From the NCBI GenBank assembly GCA_963707505.1, contig CAVPQB010000006.1, positions 672,001 to 736,000 on the forward strand: a stretch of DNA of 64,000 bases, read 5' to 3'. A program made the position numbers and the translations under genes. This DNA comes from an uncultured Gemmatimonadales bacterium (lineage in GTDB: Bacteria > Gemmatimonadota > Gemmatimonadetes > Gemmatimonadales > Gemmatimonadaceae). Under the pieces are notes generated by a model that made no database searches, had not been told where the DNA came from, and worked only from the letters and a program-made list of their open reading frames with translations. Shown here piece by piece: positions 9,720 to 20,464 of this stretch (position 1 is its first letter; the number at the start of each line of letters is the position of its first letter).

Positions 9720-11777
9720 ATGAGATTCATCGTTCGATCCGTAGCCGTCGCGACCGTTCTGGTCGTGACCACCGCGGCGTCGCTCACAGCGCAACAGGCC
9801 GCGGGGCTTGCAAGCACGGATATCTCGGCGCTGCGCGGCCTTGGAGACGTTCAGGTTTCACCGGACGGGAAGCACGTTGCGTACGCCGTAACGCGGCGCG
9901 ATACGCCGGGCAGGCCGCGTAGCGAGACGTGGATTCGCGATCTCGCGACCAACGCCGAGTCGCGGCTTGGCACCGACGCAACTGGCGCATCGAGTCCGCA
10001 ATGGTCGCCGGATGGCCGCGCGATCGCATTCTTCGGCCGCGTTGGGGACAGCAGCGGTGTAGCGATCGCGAACGCTGATGGCTCCAATGTCCGATTCATC
10101 GCCTCGGTCAAGGGTACCAATCACGTACTTCCGTCAGTCGGCGAGCGTCTCGCGTGGTCGCCGGACGGACACCGGCTCGCATTCATATCGAGTACTCCGG
10201 GGCCGGAGGTCGACGCGAACGGTGATCCGATGATCATCACGCGGTATTCGTACAAGCCGACAGCGAGTGAAGGGCTGACGCGCTTCAACGACAATCGTCG
10301 GCTTCACATCTTCGTCGCCGACGTCGCCACGAAGCACGTGACGCAGCTCACGACTGGCAACTATTACGAGCACAGCATCGAGTGGTCGCCATCGGGCGCG
10401 GAGATCATGTTCGTCTCGAATCACGGTGCCGATCCGGATCGTGTCTTCAATTACGACGTGTTCGCCGTCAACGTGACGTCCGGCGCGCAGCGTCAGATCA
10501 CGAAGACTGCGTCGCCCGAGTACCAGCCTGTCTGGTCGCCTGACGGGCGCCGCATCGCGTACCTCGGCACCAAGCGGTCGCTGACGTCGTCCGAGACGAC
10601 GATGGAGGACACGCACGTCTGGGTAATGAACTCCGACGGATCGAATCGCCGAGAGGTCGGGATATCCGTCGACAATCGTCAACGTGCACCGCGGTGGTCT
10701 CGCGACGGTACTTCGCTCTACACCGTGGTGCAGGTGCACGGCGACAGCAAACTGTATCGCGTCCCGGTGGATGGCGGCTCGCCGCATGTAGTCGTGGGCG
10801 ATGAGGGCCAGATCGGATCGTGGTCGCTCATGTCGAACGGCGGGCTGATCTATGCCTTCGCCGCGCCGACCGAGCCGGCAATGCTTCGCGAGATGAATGC
10901 GTCGGGCGTCGCTCACGACATCGTTCGGCTCAACACGGCACTACTCGCGAAACGCCGTATCGCACCGGTCGAGCGCTTCACGTTCAAGTCGCGTGATGGT
11001 CTGCAGGTCGAAGCGTACTTCACCGCGCCGCTGGATCGCACAGCAAGGTCGAAGTATCCACTGATCGTGCAGATCCATGGTGGGCCGCATGGTGCGCAAG
11101 GATCCGCATTCAACGACAAGGCGCAGGTGTACGCGGCGCACGGGATGGCGACGTTGATGGTGAACTACCGCGGCTCGACCGGATACGGCCAGAAGTTCGC
11201 GGACGCGATCTTCAACGATCAGGACGGCAGCGAAGCTGAGGACGTGATGGCTGGCGTCGATGCTGCGCTTGCGCGTTATCCGTGGCTCGACTCCACGAGA
11301 ATGGGCGTGGAGGGAACGAGCTACGGGGGACAACTCACCGACTGGCTGATCACGCGCACCAACCGCTTCAAGGCGGCGATTCCAACTGCCGGCATCTCCA
11401 ATCTGGTCAGCTTCAACTACATGTCGTACTACCACGACTATCTCGCCGTGGAGTTCGGTACGTACCCGCACGAGGGTGCGTTGATGGACACGCTGTGGAA
11501 GCGTAGCGCGCTGCGTTACGTCTCTCGCGTGAAGACGCCGGTGATGTTGGTGCACGGTGAGAACGACAACGATGTGCCGATCGCCGAGGCGGAGCAGTTC
11601 TACATCGCACTGAAGGACGTCGGTGTGCCTATGGTGATGATTCGTTATCCGCGCGAAGGGCACGGAGTGCGTGAGACGAAGCACGTCATCGATTTCATCG
11701 ACAGGAGTATCGCGTGGTACAACCGCTGGTTTTCTCATTCGGGCCCAAGGGAGGGTCGATGTGAAAAGATCAGGTAG
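9720..11777 (+). CDS. S9 family peptidase (acylaminoacyl/dipeptidyl peptidase)
   Basis: WSPDG (PD40) propeller repeats, IHGGP, GTSYGG, HGENDNDVP, REGHG. Confidence 0.92.
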   Translation: MRFIVRSVAVATVLVVTTAASLTAQQAAGLASTDISALRGLGDVQVSPDGKHVAYAVTRRDTPGRPRSETWIRDLATNAESRLGTDATGASSPQWSPDGRAIAFFGRVGDSSGVAIANADGSNVRFIASVKGTNHVLPSVGERLAWSPDGHRLAFISSTPGPEVDANGDPMIITRYSYKPTASEGLTRFNDNRRLHIFVADVATKHVTQLTTGNYYEHSIEWSPSGAEIMFVSNHGADPDRVFNYDVFAVNVTSGAQRQITKTASPEYQPVWSPDGRRIAYLGTKRSLTSSETTMEDTHVWVMNSDGSNRREVGISVDNRQRAPRWSRDGTSLYTVVQVHGDSKLYRVPVDGGSPHVVVGDEGQIGSWSLMSNGGLIYAFAAPTEPAMLREMNASGVAHDIVRLNTALLAKRRIAPVERFTFKSRDGLQVEAYFTAPLDRTARSKYPLIVQIHGGPHGAQGSAFNDKAQVYAAHGMATLMVNYRGSTGYGQKFADAIFNDQDGSEAEDVMAGVDAALARYPWLDSTRMGVEGTSYGGQLTDWLITRTNRFKAAIPTAGISNLVSFNYMSYYHDYLAVEFGTYPHEGALMDTLWKRSALRYVSRVKTPVMLVHGENDNDVPIAEAEQFYIALKDVGVPMVMIRYPREGHGVRETKHVIDFIDRSIAWYNRWFSHSGPREGRCEKIR

Positions 11778-14700
11778 CCGTTGGCTACTGTTCGCGATGT
11801 TGTCATTTACGGGGGTAGGCGTTGCCGGAAGTGTTGCTGGAGCACAGGCCGGCGTGGCGTCACAGGGAACTGCAACGATCACGGGAACGATTACCGACTC
11901 GGCGGGACATGCACCGATCGCCGAAGTTCAGGTCTCTGCGGGTCCGGCTGGCGTTACATCAGGCACGGTGATAAAAGGTGGACTGACCGCGCCAAATGGA
12001 CGATTCACGATCACCGGAGTCGCGCCTGGTGCAGTGACAGTTCGAGCACGCTCTGCTCGGCTTCGCCCCGGTCACGAGGCAGGTTACCGCGACCGCCGGA
12101 GCTGTCACCACGGTCGACATCGCGTTGATGCACCAGACCGCATTGCTCGATCAGGTCGTTGTGACGGGTACAGCAGGTGCGACGCAACGTCGCGCGGTCG
12201 GCAACGTGATCGAGAGCATCAAGGCGACCGACATCCTAACCGTTGCGCCCGTCACCACGGTCGACCAGCTGGTGGAAGGCCGCACGCCGGGTCTCGTGGT
12301 GCTGCCTTCATCCGGACAGGTCGGTACCGGATCGCAGCTTGCGCGTGCGCGGTGTGAGCAGTCTTTCGCTGACCAACGAGCCACTGATCTACATCGATGG
12401 CGTGCGCATGGACGGCGAACGCCAGTCGCGGTCCGTCACAACGTGGTGGCATCGGGTACCAGCGCACTCGACGACATCAATCCGGAAGACATCGAGAGCA
12501 TCGAAGTCATCAAGGGGCCGGCGGCCGGAACGCTGTATGGCACCGAGGCGTCGAACGGCGTTATTCAGATCATCACCAAGCGTGGCAGGAGCGGCAAGGC
12601 ATCGTGGAACTTCAGCCAGCGACAGGGCACCAACTGGCTTGCGAATCCAGCGGGACGGGCCGGCACGCTGTACTCCAAGGATCCCACGACGCAGCAGCTG
12701 GACAGTGTCAACTGTACATCCACGAGGAACAGTCCGGCAACGGGCCGATCTTTCAGAACGGCATGCTCGAAGGCACCAATCTGAGCCTGGCGGCGGCTCG
12801 GATCTCGCCAGGTACTTCACGTCGGTGAATTACGACGATGACGTTGGCGTCGTGCCGTGGAACGTGGCCAAGAAGCTGGGTGCACGCGCGAATCTCGACC
12901 TGCTCGTCGGCAACAAGCTGAAGATTACGACGAACATCGGCCTACCTGCGCAACCGGATCCGGCTCGCGCAGGGCGCGATCGACATCGATCCATTCAGCA
13001 ATCTGATCTGGGGCAATCCGCTCACGCTCACCAAGGGGCAGCGCGGCTTCAATACGTCGCCACCGGAAGAATGGTCGACGGTCGAGAACCACGCCGACGT
13101 GGATCGGACGACGTCGAACCTTACCCTGAATTACACGCCGATTTCGTGGTTCACCAATCGACTCATAGCCGGACTGGATGCGAGCACCGAGAACAACTGG
13201 GTGCTGTATCCGCGCCAGCCGAACGGCAACCTGGACTTCCTGGGCAACAACGGCCTCGGCTCGAAGACAGTCTCGCGCGCGTTGCACAATTTCATAACGC
13301 TCGACTACTCTGGCTCTGCCAAGTATCATCGCGGTGACAATCTCGACTTCACAAGCAGCATTGGACTGCAGTACTACCATCAGGATCTGAACACGATCAC
13401 TGCAACTGGTTCGAACTTCCCGGCGATTCCGATCACGACTGTCAGCGGCGGAACGACGCGCACTGGCGCCGAGACGTATACGGGAAATGCGACGGTTGGT
13501 GTTTTCGGTCAGGAAGAGATGGCGTGGCGTAACCGCGTCTTCCTCACGGTCGCGCTGCGCGGAGACGATAACAGCGCGTTCGGCAAGCAGTTCAAGGCCG
13601 CCTACTATCCCAAGTTCAGCGGATCGTGGGTGATCGGCGAGGAGCCGTGGTTCCACGTACCGCTCGTCAACAGTCTGCGGTTGCGCGCTGCGTACGGCGC
13701 GTCAGGCACACAGCCTGGTGCCTTCGACGCATCGCAGCTGTACGCACCGTCGGTCGGTTATGCGGATCAGCCTGGTCTCGTACCGAATGCATTCGGGAAT
13801 CCTGCGCTGCGTCCGGAGCTCAGCAAGGAGCTCGAAATGGGCTTCGAGAGCACGGTGCTCGGCGGCAGCGACAGACCTCAGCTACTCGCACTATCATCGC
13901 AACATCACGGACGCGATCGTGAACTCGCCGCTTCCGCCGTCGACCGGTTTCCCCGGTTCGCAGATCGTGAACATCGGTCGCGTTACTGGCTGGGGTAACG
14001 AGCTCGCCATCAATACGCGACTCATCACGCGGCGACAAGTTCTCGTGGGCAGTCGGAACGTCGTACTCCAAGAACGGGAATCGCATCGAGGACATGGGCG
14101 GGATTCCGTTCATCACGATTGCGGGTGGTCAGGCACAGAATCGCGTCGGATTCGGAATCGGCGACATCTTCATGTACAAGGTTCTGTCTGCGACCATCGA
14201 CTCGGCTGGCTTCGTCACATCGGCGACGTGCGATGGCGGCACTGGCAAGCAGGGGTTGGAGATGGGTGGCAAGCCCGTTCCGTGCGCGCAGGCACCACGT
14301 GTACGCTGGGGCCCGTCGCAGCCGACGTGGCAGCTTGGTGTGAACACCACGGTCACACTGTTCAAGCGGCTGACTCTGTACGCGTCGGCTGACGGTAACG
14401 GTGGCAACTATCAGTCTGACACCGAGATTCGCGCGTTGCACAATCTCGGGCTCACCCGTGCAGTGATCGAGCGCGACGATCCAATTCTTCAGGAATACCG
14501 CAGCATCGAGAACGATGCGACCGGTACCTTCCTCGCAAGCTTCGTTCGACTGCGTGAGCTCTCGGCGACGTACAGCCTGCCGGATCATTTCGCGGGCCGG
14601 ATCGGCGCGCATGGCGGATCGTTCAGTCTTGCGATGCGCAATGTTGCGATGCTCTGGACTGGCGCACAGGGCTGGAATACGTCGCGTGACGGTCTCGTGT

Positions 14701-14828
14701 ATGTGCCTGTCGCCAACCAGCATGTCTGGGACGCGGAGACTCGTGCCGCAGGCCAGCTCTCACAAGGCTATCAGACCATTCTGCCTCCAGCAGCCAGCCT
14801 CACGGCGACGCTGCGGCTCTCCTTCTAA
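11761..14828 (+). CDS. SusC/RagA-type TonB-dependent receptor (multiple apparent frameshifts)
   Basis: Carboxypeptidase-like N domain, LDQVVVTG, EPLIYIDGV, DINPEDIESIEVIKGPAAGTLYG, GNPALRPE, terminal Phe; pieces lie in several frames. Confidence 0.85.
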
Positions 14829-14846
14829 CGTTACGGGAATCCTAAG

Positions 14847-16130
14847 ATGCAATATCACAACTCAAACGGCAGCCGGAGAAAACCGTTCGGTCGAGGCGTC
14901 GCAAGATCGGTTCTGGTACTCGGTCTTGCGGCCGCAACCGCTTGCAGCAGCCTGCTCGACGTTACCAACCCGGGCGTTGTAAAGAGCAGCGATCTCGCCG
15001 ATCCCGCGCTGGCTCCGACTCTCGATGCAGCAGCACTCGGCAGCTTCAACTGCGCATTTGCGCAGTACGTGGCGACGGCCGGCGTGCTGTCTGGAGAATA
15101 CATAGTTTCCAACTCGTTCGTCGATGCGAATCAGTGGGGTTGGCGCGGAGTGGAAACCAAGACTCAGCCTGGAACGTGTCCTACGAGTCGCGCGACGACG
15201 TCGCTGGGTTTCTACACGCCGTTGCAATCGGCGCGCTTTCAGGCCGAGGATGCTGCGAAGCGCATCACCGCGTTCACCGATGCACAGGTGCCGACGCGCG
15301 CAACCATGCTGGCCGAGCTCACGACATACGCTGCATACACCTACGTTCTGCTCGGCGAGGGAATGTGCAACATGACAGTCGACAACGGGCCGCTCATAAC
15401 GCGTGACAGCACCTTCAAGATCGCAGTTGCCAAATTCACCGCGGCGCTGGCTCTTGCGCAGACGGCGAACTATGCGGCGATGACCAACATGGCGCTCGTG
15501 GGTCGAGCTCGAGCGGAGCTCGATCTTGGGAATCTGACGGCTGCGAAAGCGGATGCGCAGGCAGTGCCGGCGGGCTTCGTTCGCAATGCGGAGTATTCGG
15601 AAACCACGGTTGCACGTGAGAATCGCATCTACAATCTCACGATCAGAAACGACTTCCTGTCGGTTGGTCCGGATTACCGTAATCTCACCGTTGGCGGTGT
15701 GCCCGATCCCAGGGTGCCGGCGTTGAACACGGGTCGTTTCGGAAACGATGCAGTCACTCCGCAGTGGCAGCAGCGGAAGTTCATTGGAACCGGCGCGGTG
15801 CCGATGCCGATAGCGTCGTGGGCCGAAGCGCAGTTGATCTACGCGGAAGCTGCTGGTGGACAGGAGGCGAAGGACGCCATCAATCGCGTGCGCGCGTCGC
15901 GTGGCGTCGCGCCGCTCAACGGCAGCGAAGGCTCGGACATAGAGGCGATAGTGCTCGAAGAGCGCCGGCGCACGCTCTTCAGCGAGGGACAACGTCTTGG
16001 AGACATGCTGCGGACGAATATTCCGTTTCCGTCCGGCGTGAATCACAAGGGGCAAACGTACGGTCCGACCACGTGCGTACCGTTGCCCGATGTCGAGACA
16101 CAGAACAATCCGAACCTGCGCGGCTCGTGA
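14847..16130 (+). CDS. RagB/SusD-family lipoprotein
   Basis: Lipobox ATAC, EAQLIYAEA, INRVR, ERRRTLFSEGQRLGDMLR; follows SusC. Confidence 0.9.
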   Translation: MQYHNSNGSRRKPFGRGVARSVLVLGLAAATACSSLLDVTNPGVVKSSDLADPALAPTLDAAALGSFNCAFAQYVATAGVLSGEYIVSNSFVDANQWGWRGVETKTQPGTCPTSRATTSLGFYTPLQSARFQAEDAAKRITAFTDAQVPTRATMLAELTTYAAYTYVLLGEGMCNMTVDNGPLITRDSTFKIAVAKFTAALALAQTANYAAMTNMALVGRARAELDLGNLTAAKADAQAVPAGFVRNAEYSETTVARENRIYNLTIRNDFLSVGPDYRNLTVGGVPDPRVPALNTGRFGNDAVTPQWQQRKFIGTGAVPMPIASWAEAQLIYAEAAGGQEAKDAINRVRASRGVAPLNGSEGSDIEAIVLEERRRTLFSEGQRLGDMLRTNIPFPSGVNHKGQTYGPTTCVPLPDVETQNNPNLRGS

Positions 16131-16149
16131 TTTTGTAGAGTTCACCTGG

Positions 16150-16190
16150 AATCCCCCTGTCATTGTCCTGAGATGGCAGGGGGATTTTTT
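16150..16190 (+). terminator. Rho-independent terminator
   Basis: AATCCCCCTGTCAT...ATGGCAGGGGGATT stem followed by a T-run, between convergent genes. Confidence 0.85.
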
Positions 16191-16257
16191 GTTCAGTGCT
16201 GCATACGTGGAACCGTGCCCGTGGATATCATCTGAATCGCAGCTGGATCGCTGTCAT

Positions 16258-17706
16258 CTACATGTGTGCAGACGGATCCATGACCCGCGGACGCGGACGC
16301 GGACGGAGACGCAGAAATACTGTGGCGCCTACTGGCGTGCGCGTGCCGTATGTGTCTCGCAGGGTGGATGGGACCATGTTGATCGTACCGGCGGCACCCA
16401 GTCCCAGACTCCCACCGTGCACCGCTGCGAGCTCGCGCACGTAGCCCAGCGTGAGTTCACCGACATCGTACTGAATCGACGCCAGTGGTTTCGTGATTAC
16501 GATCGCGCTTGCGCGTGTCCCTTGTGTGAGTGAAGCGGCAGGTGCCATCACGCCTGGAACCGGGAGATCTTCGGGGCCCTTCTGCACGAATTCTGCGCGA
16601 GTGAAAACAGCGTTATTCCGGTCGAGCGTAAGATTGCTCTCGGCTAGCAGGCTATTGGACAGACTGCTCTGGCCGGTGTGCTTGTTGGCCCCATAAATGA
16701 GTGCGCTGGACCAGTCACTGGATGTACCAGAAGCAAGCTCGTACAGCACTGATGCGCTGATACGATGCAGCGACTCCTCGGGATGCAACTGTTCCGGGCT
16801 TTTGAGGTAAGCATACGATCCTGAAAGACTCCAGTTATCGGCAGGATTTACAGTGATACGTCCCGCGTAGGAATCCAGACTGCGTCCCTTGTAGTCGAAG
16901 TTGGTGCGAGTCTCATCCGGCTCCCGGCCGTTGAAGATCGAGCCTTCCAGTCGCACCGTGCGTGTATAGATACCGCCGGTGAGCACGCCGAATGAGATAT
17001 GCGTCGCATCCTGCCAGTGATGTCCGATCGGCGCGAGCGGGTCATTGGCTGCACTTGGGCGATGTGGGAATGCAACGGGGCCGATCGCTGGCTCACCGAC
17101 GGGCGCCGCATAAAGCGACAAGGCGAGATTGTCGCCGATCGCCTGATCGTAGATCGCCGCGATCTCCATGAAGAGATCGTGTGGATGTTGTCGATCGTAG
17201 AGCGGTTGACCGTGGTACGACTCACCCGATTGCAGAAGCAACGGATAGCCATGCGAGCCAATTGTGAACGGTTCGGCACTTACCATTCCGCGCAGGTTGA
17301 GACGACCACCGGCGAGATCGTGTCCGGCCATCAGCATTCCCCAATTCACGCTGCCGAATTGTCTGTCGCCGCGCCTTGTGCCCTGGTCATCGTACTGCAT
17401 AAAGGCGACGCCGTGCAGCATCACATCCCACGCGCCGAGCATTGTGTGAGATGCATGCATCGTCGTCACGTCCGGCAGCCACGATGTGCCCGAGCCCATG
17501 CGCTGCATGGGAATGCCGAGCGGCGCCGAGCTCATGGACATCCCGCGCATGGAAGCTTTCCCCGAGCTGTCGCGCGCGGGATTGTGATGAGCGGAATCAG
17601 CCTGCGATGGATGCGTGTGCTGGGCGAACGCCAGCGGAGCCGCGAAGGTCGTCGCGAGAGCTGCGACGAAGAGCGTGCATGCGTGGGAGCGTAATAAAAG
17701 CGACAT
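16258..17706 (-). CDS. Putative outer-membrane beta-barrel with His/Met-rich N-terminus
   Basis: Signal peptide, QHTH/HH/MRGMSM segment, GSGTSWLP, DRQHPHDLFMEIA, HHWQDATHI, amphipathic strands. Confidence 0.7.
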   Translation of the reverse strand: MSLLLRSHACTLFVAALATTFAAPLAFAQHTHPSQADSAHHNPARDSSGKASMRGMSMSSAPLGIPMQRMGSGTSWLPDVTTMHASHTMLGAWDVMLHGVAFMQYDDQGTRRGDRQFGSVNWGMLMAGHDLAGGRLNLRGMVSAEPFTIGSHGYPLLLQSGESYHGQPLYDRQHPHDLFMEIAAIYDQAIGDNLALSLYAAPVGEPAIGPVAFPHRPSAANDPLAPIGHHWQDATHISFGVLTGGIYTRTVRLEGSIFNGREPDETRTNFDYKGRSLDSYAGRITVNPADNWSLSGSYAYLKSPEQLHPEESLHRISASVLYELASGTSSDWSSALIYGANKHTGQSSLSNSLLAESNLTLDRNNAVFTRAEFVQKGPEDLPVPGVMAPAASLTQGTRASAIVITKPLASIQYDVGELTLGYVRELAAVHGGSLGLGAAGTINMVPSTLRDTYGTRTPVGATVFLRLRPRPRPRVMDPSAHM

Positions 17707-17843
17707 CTATAAATCCGGAAGCAATCGTCGCGGCGCAGTTGCCTGTGACGATCAAACGGTATTGGTCATCGGTGTCAGCTGTGGCACCGGGGAGTCTCCG
17801 CGAACAGTGCGTGACTCTGAGCGCCGCGGATCGCGGCGGAGGG

Positions 17844-18236
17844 CTACGCCTTGGGCGGCGGCGGCTCTGGCGCGACTGCCAGTGCGATCGGCGGCTCCTG
17901 ATACGCGGCATGTACCGATGTCACGATCGCCGTCGTAGCCTGAGGTGTAGCGACTGTTGATGGGAGCGCGATGGCGCTGCATCCTGTAACTGCGGGACAG
18001 CAGTTCGTGCCCGTGGAATTGTCGCACGGAGCATGTTTGTGCTGATCGAGTGGAGCTTTGGCCGGATCGTTGTCGGCGCGACGCGCGTGGTGTTGTGACG
18101 TAGGGGGCACCGCGCGAGTTGATGTGCCGGGCATCGCTGCCGACTGTCCCATCGCCGTGCACGGCGCCATGCCGATCCCTGTCAACACAGGGATCAGCAG
18201 AACGCTTAGCAGGATCCGGACGATGCGACTGGCCAT
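17844..18236 (-). CDS. Small exported Cys-rich protein with C-terminal poly-Pro (DUF2946/CutF/CruR-like leader)
   Basis: Hydrophobic N-terminus, HKHAPC-x7-CC-x5-C, ends PEPPPPKA; directly upstream of the barrel gene. Confidence 0.65.
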   Translation of the reverse strand: MASRIVRILLSVLLIPVLTGIGMAPCTAMGQSAAMPGTSTRAVPPTSQHHARRADNDPAKAPLDQHKHAPCDNSTGTNCCPAVTGCSAIALPSTVATPQATTAIVTSVHAAYQEPPIALAVAPEPPPPKA

Positions 18237-18473
18237 GATGAGAAATGTAAGTGGCAAATCACGCGCCGTTACTGGGGCAGCTGTCCGCCGACGCGTCACT
18301 GTCGCCCTGGCTGGTTTGCGATCGATGGCATGATCCGACGATAATCCGGGGGATACGGGAGCGGCATGGGGGCAACGGGATCGAGACATCATCTGACGGT
18401 CCGACGTATGCGTCTCACTTTCAGTCTCGATTCGAATTCCAGGCCGACGACTCCCTACACTGTAAGGTGCAAC

Positions 18474-19241
18474 ATGCGCGCAACGACAATTCGTAACAGG
18501 CCGGAGCGCTTCGGCCTGCCGCGGCGGCCCGCCGGCTCCATTCTCCTACTCATCGCGGCAGGAGCGGTCCTCGGCTGCTCGAAAGGCGGCACGTCTTCCT
18601 CAGCGGGCATGTCGGGAACTCCATCGGACTCCAGCGCGATGGCGGCGCCGTCGGCTGCACAGTCCAATCTTTCGCCCGTTCGCGGCACCATAGCCAGCGT
18701 CACCGACAGCATGCTCACGGTATCCTCGGACAGCGGTGCCGTGAAGGTGATGATTGCGGCGCCGCTGCAGGTGTACTCTCGTGTGGCGGCCAAGCTAGCC
18801 GATGTAAAGGAAAACTCGTTCGTGGGCGTTACGTCGGTGGCGCAACCCGATGGGTCGCAACGTGCGACCGAGATCCATATTTTCCCGGACCAGCTGCGCG
18901 GAACGGGTGAGGGCAGCTACCTCATGACGCAACAGGCCGGTGCCACTGGTCGTAACAGAAGCACAATGACCAATGGTACAGTTACGGGCTCGCAGATGAC
19001 CAATGGTACTGCGAGTGCTCCACGCATGACGAACGGCACGATCAGCGGGCAGGCCGGCGGAACGCTTACCGTGCAGTACAAGGGCGGCACACAGACAATC
19101 ACTGTTCCTGCAAACGTCTCCGTCACTGCAATCGCACCTACGCAGACCAAACTGGCAGTGGGCTCGAAAGTCATTGTTCTGGCGACCAGACAGCCGGATG
19201 GCACACTCAAGGCGTCGGCCGCGATGCTGCAGCGTGGCTGA
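18474..19241 (+). CDS. Lipoprotein, DUF5666-like OB-fold
   Basis: Lipobox VLGC, VRGTI, ATEIHIFP..RGTGEG, three MTNGT repeats. Confidence 0.65.
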   Translation: MRATTIRNRPERFGLPRRPAGSILLLIAAGAVLGCSKGGTSSSAGMSGTPSDSSAMAAPSAAQSNLSPVRGTIASVTDSMLTVSSDSGAVKVMIAAPLQVYSRVAAKLADVKENSFVGVTSVAQPDGSQRATEIHIFPDQLRGTGEGSYLMTQQAGATGRNRSTMTNGTVTGSQMTNGTASAPRMTNGTISGQAGGTLTVQYKGGTQTITVPANVSVTAIAPTQTKLAVGSKVIVLATRQPDGTLKASAAMLQRG

Positions 19242-19314
19242 TGACATCGGCGCGACGGATTCGTTCCGATGCTCGCTGGTGCGGCCGTTTTCCACCCAAA
19301 TCGCCAGAGGCGTC

Positions 19315-20415
19315 GTGGGGACTCATTCGGTTATCAGACAGTCGGTCAGTTCGCTCATCGGTGTAATTCTGGCGCTTGCTTCGACGAGCGCGTCGCTCCA
19401 CGCCTTGCAGAACAAGCCGGCGTCATGTGCAGCAACGCTGACGTCACTGACGCCTGAGAATTATCGTCGCGTACTTCCGTCGACGCGCGCGCCGGCAAAT
19501 TCCGATCTCCGCGTCGTCACGGAGTTGCCACTACCGGGATCGGCCAACCGATTCGATTATCAGAGCTTCGATCCGATCACTCACAAGTTGTACATGAACC
19601 ACATGAACGCTGGAGAGACGCTGGTCTTTTCGACTGATAGCGGTCGTATCGTTGGGCGAATCGCGGGAGTGCCGCGCGCGACGGGCGTTCTGGCAATTCC
19701 GTCTCTCCACCGGGTGTATATATCGGCGGCGGGCGCTCACGAGGTTGTAGGAGTGGATGATCGAACCCTCAAAGTCGTTCAACGAACTGGCGACATTCAG
19801 TTTCCCGATGGGATCGCGTATGATGCAGACGCGGGAAAGCTTTTCGTATCCGACGAATCAGGTGGTGCGGACGTCGTCATCGATGCGGTCACGGGTAAGA
19901 AGCTTGCCATCATCGCACTCGGCGGTGAGGCCGGCAATACACATTACGATTCTGTCTCTCACTGCGTTCTGGTAGCGGTGCAGACGCGGAATCAACTCGT
20001 GGCGATCGATCCTGTAAGCGAGCGGATCGTCGGCCGGTATGATTTACCTGGATCGGAGCATCCTCACGGTTTCGCACTCGACCAACCCGGCCGGCTTCTG
20101 TTCATGTCGTGCGAAGGAAATGCAAAGTTACTGGTGCTGGATCTCACCACGATGCGCGTCATCGGATCGCATGACGTAGGGAACACTCCCGATGTGCTGG
20201 CATGGGATGCGGCGCTGCGCCGACTGTATGTCGCGTCCGAAGGCGGTTTGTTGTCGGCGTTCTGGGCAGATGGAACCACGCTCCGGCCGGCTGGTGAGTA
20301 CCGTGCGCCGCATGCACATACGGTCGGACTCGATTCACACAGCCACCGTCTGTACCTTCCGCTTCAGGATATTGGTGGTCGCCCCGTGCTTCGTGTTCTC
20401 GCGCCTTCGAATTAG
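19315..20415 (+). CDS. YncE/YVTN-like beta-propeller protein
   Basis: RFDY, FPDGIAYD, HPHGFALD, TPDVLAWD blade repeats; start chosen at the GTG behind AGAGG. Confidence 0.75.
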   Translation: MGTHSVIRQSVSSLIGVILALASTSASLHALQNKPASCAATLTSLTPENYRRVLPSTRAPANSDLRVVTELPLPGSANRFDYQSFDPITHKLYMNHMNAGETLVFSTDSGRIVGRIAGVPRATGVLAIPSLHRVYISAAGAHEVVGVDDRTLKVVQRTGDIQFPDGIAYDADAGKLFVSDESGGADVVIDAVTGKKLAIIALGGEAGNTHYDSVSHCVLVAVQTRNQLVAIDPVSERIVGRYDLPGSEHPHGFALDQPGRLLFMSCEGNAKLLVLDLTTMRVIGSHDVGNTPDVLAWDAALRRLYVASEGGLLSAFWADGTTLRPAGEYRAPHAHTVGLDSHSHRLYLPLQDIGGRPVLRVLAPSN

Positions 20416-20464
20416 CGCAACATCGGAGCCTCCCGCCGCGTCGGCGACGTCGGCGGCGCGGGTG

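Noticed and set aside
8238..14828. Programmed frameshifting as the cause of broken genes
   Set aside because: Several breaks per gene and no slippery heptamers noticed; sequencing error is simpler.
10941..16163. Long antisense ORFs such as 10941-11882 and 14862-16163 (similar ones at 36759-37781, 48602-49750, 60924-62159)
   Set aside because: Shadow ORFs opposite well-supported genes, expected in GC-rich DNA.
16286..16306. CGCGGA hexamer repeat
   Set aside because: Encodes an RPRPRP tail of the barrel protein; too short to suggest a contingency locus.
18960..19045. Three ATGACCAATGG-like repeats
   Set aside because: Coding MTNGT repeats inside the lipoprotein, not a DNA element.
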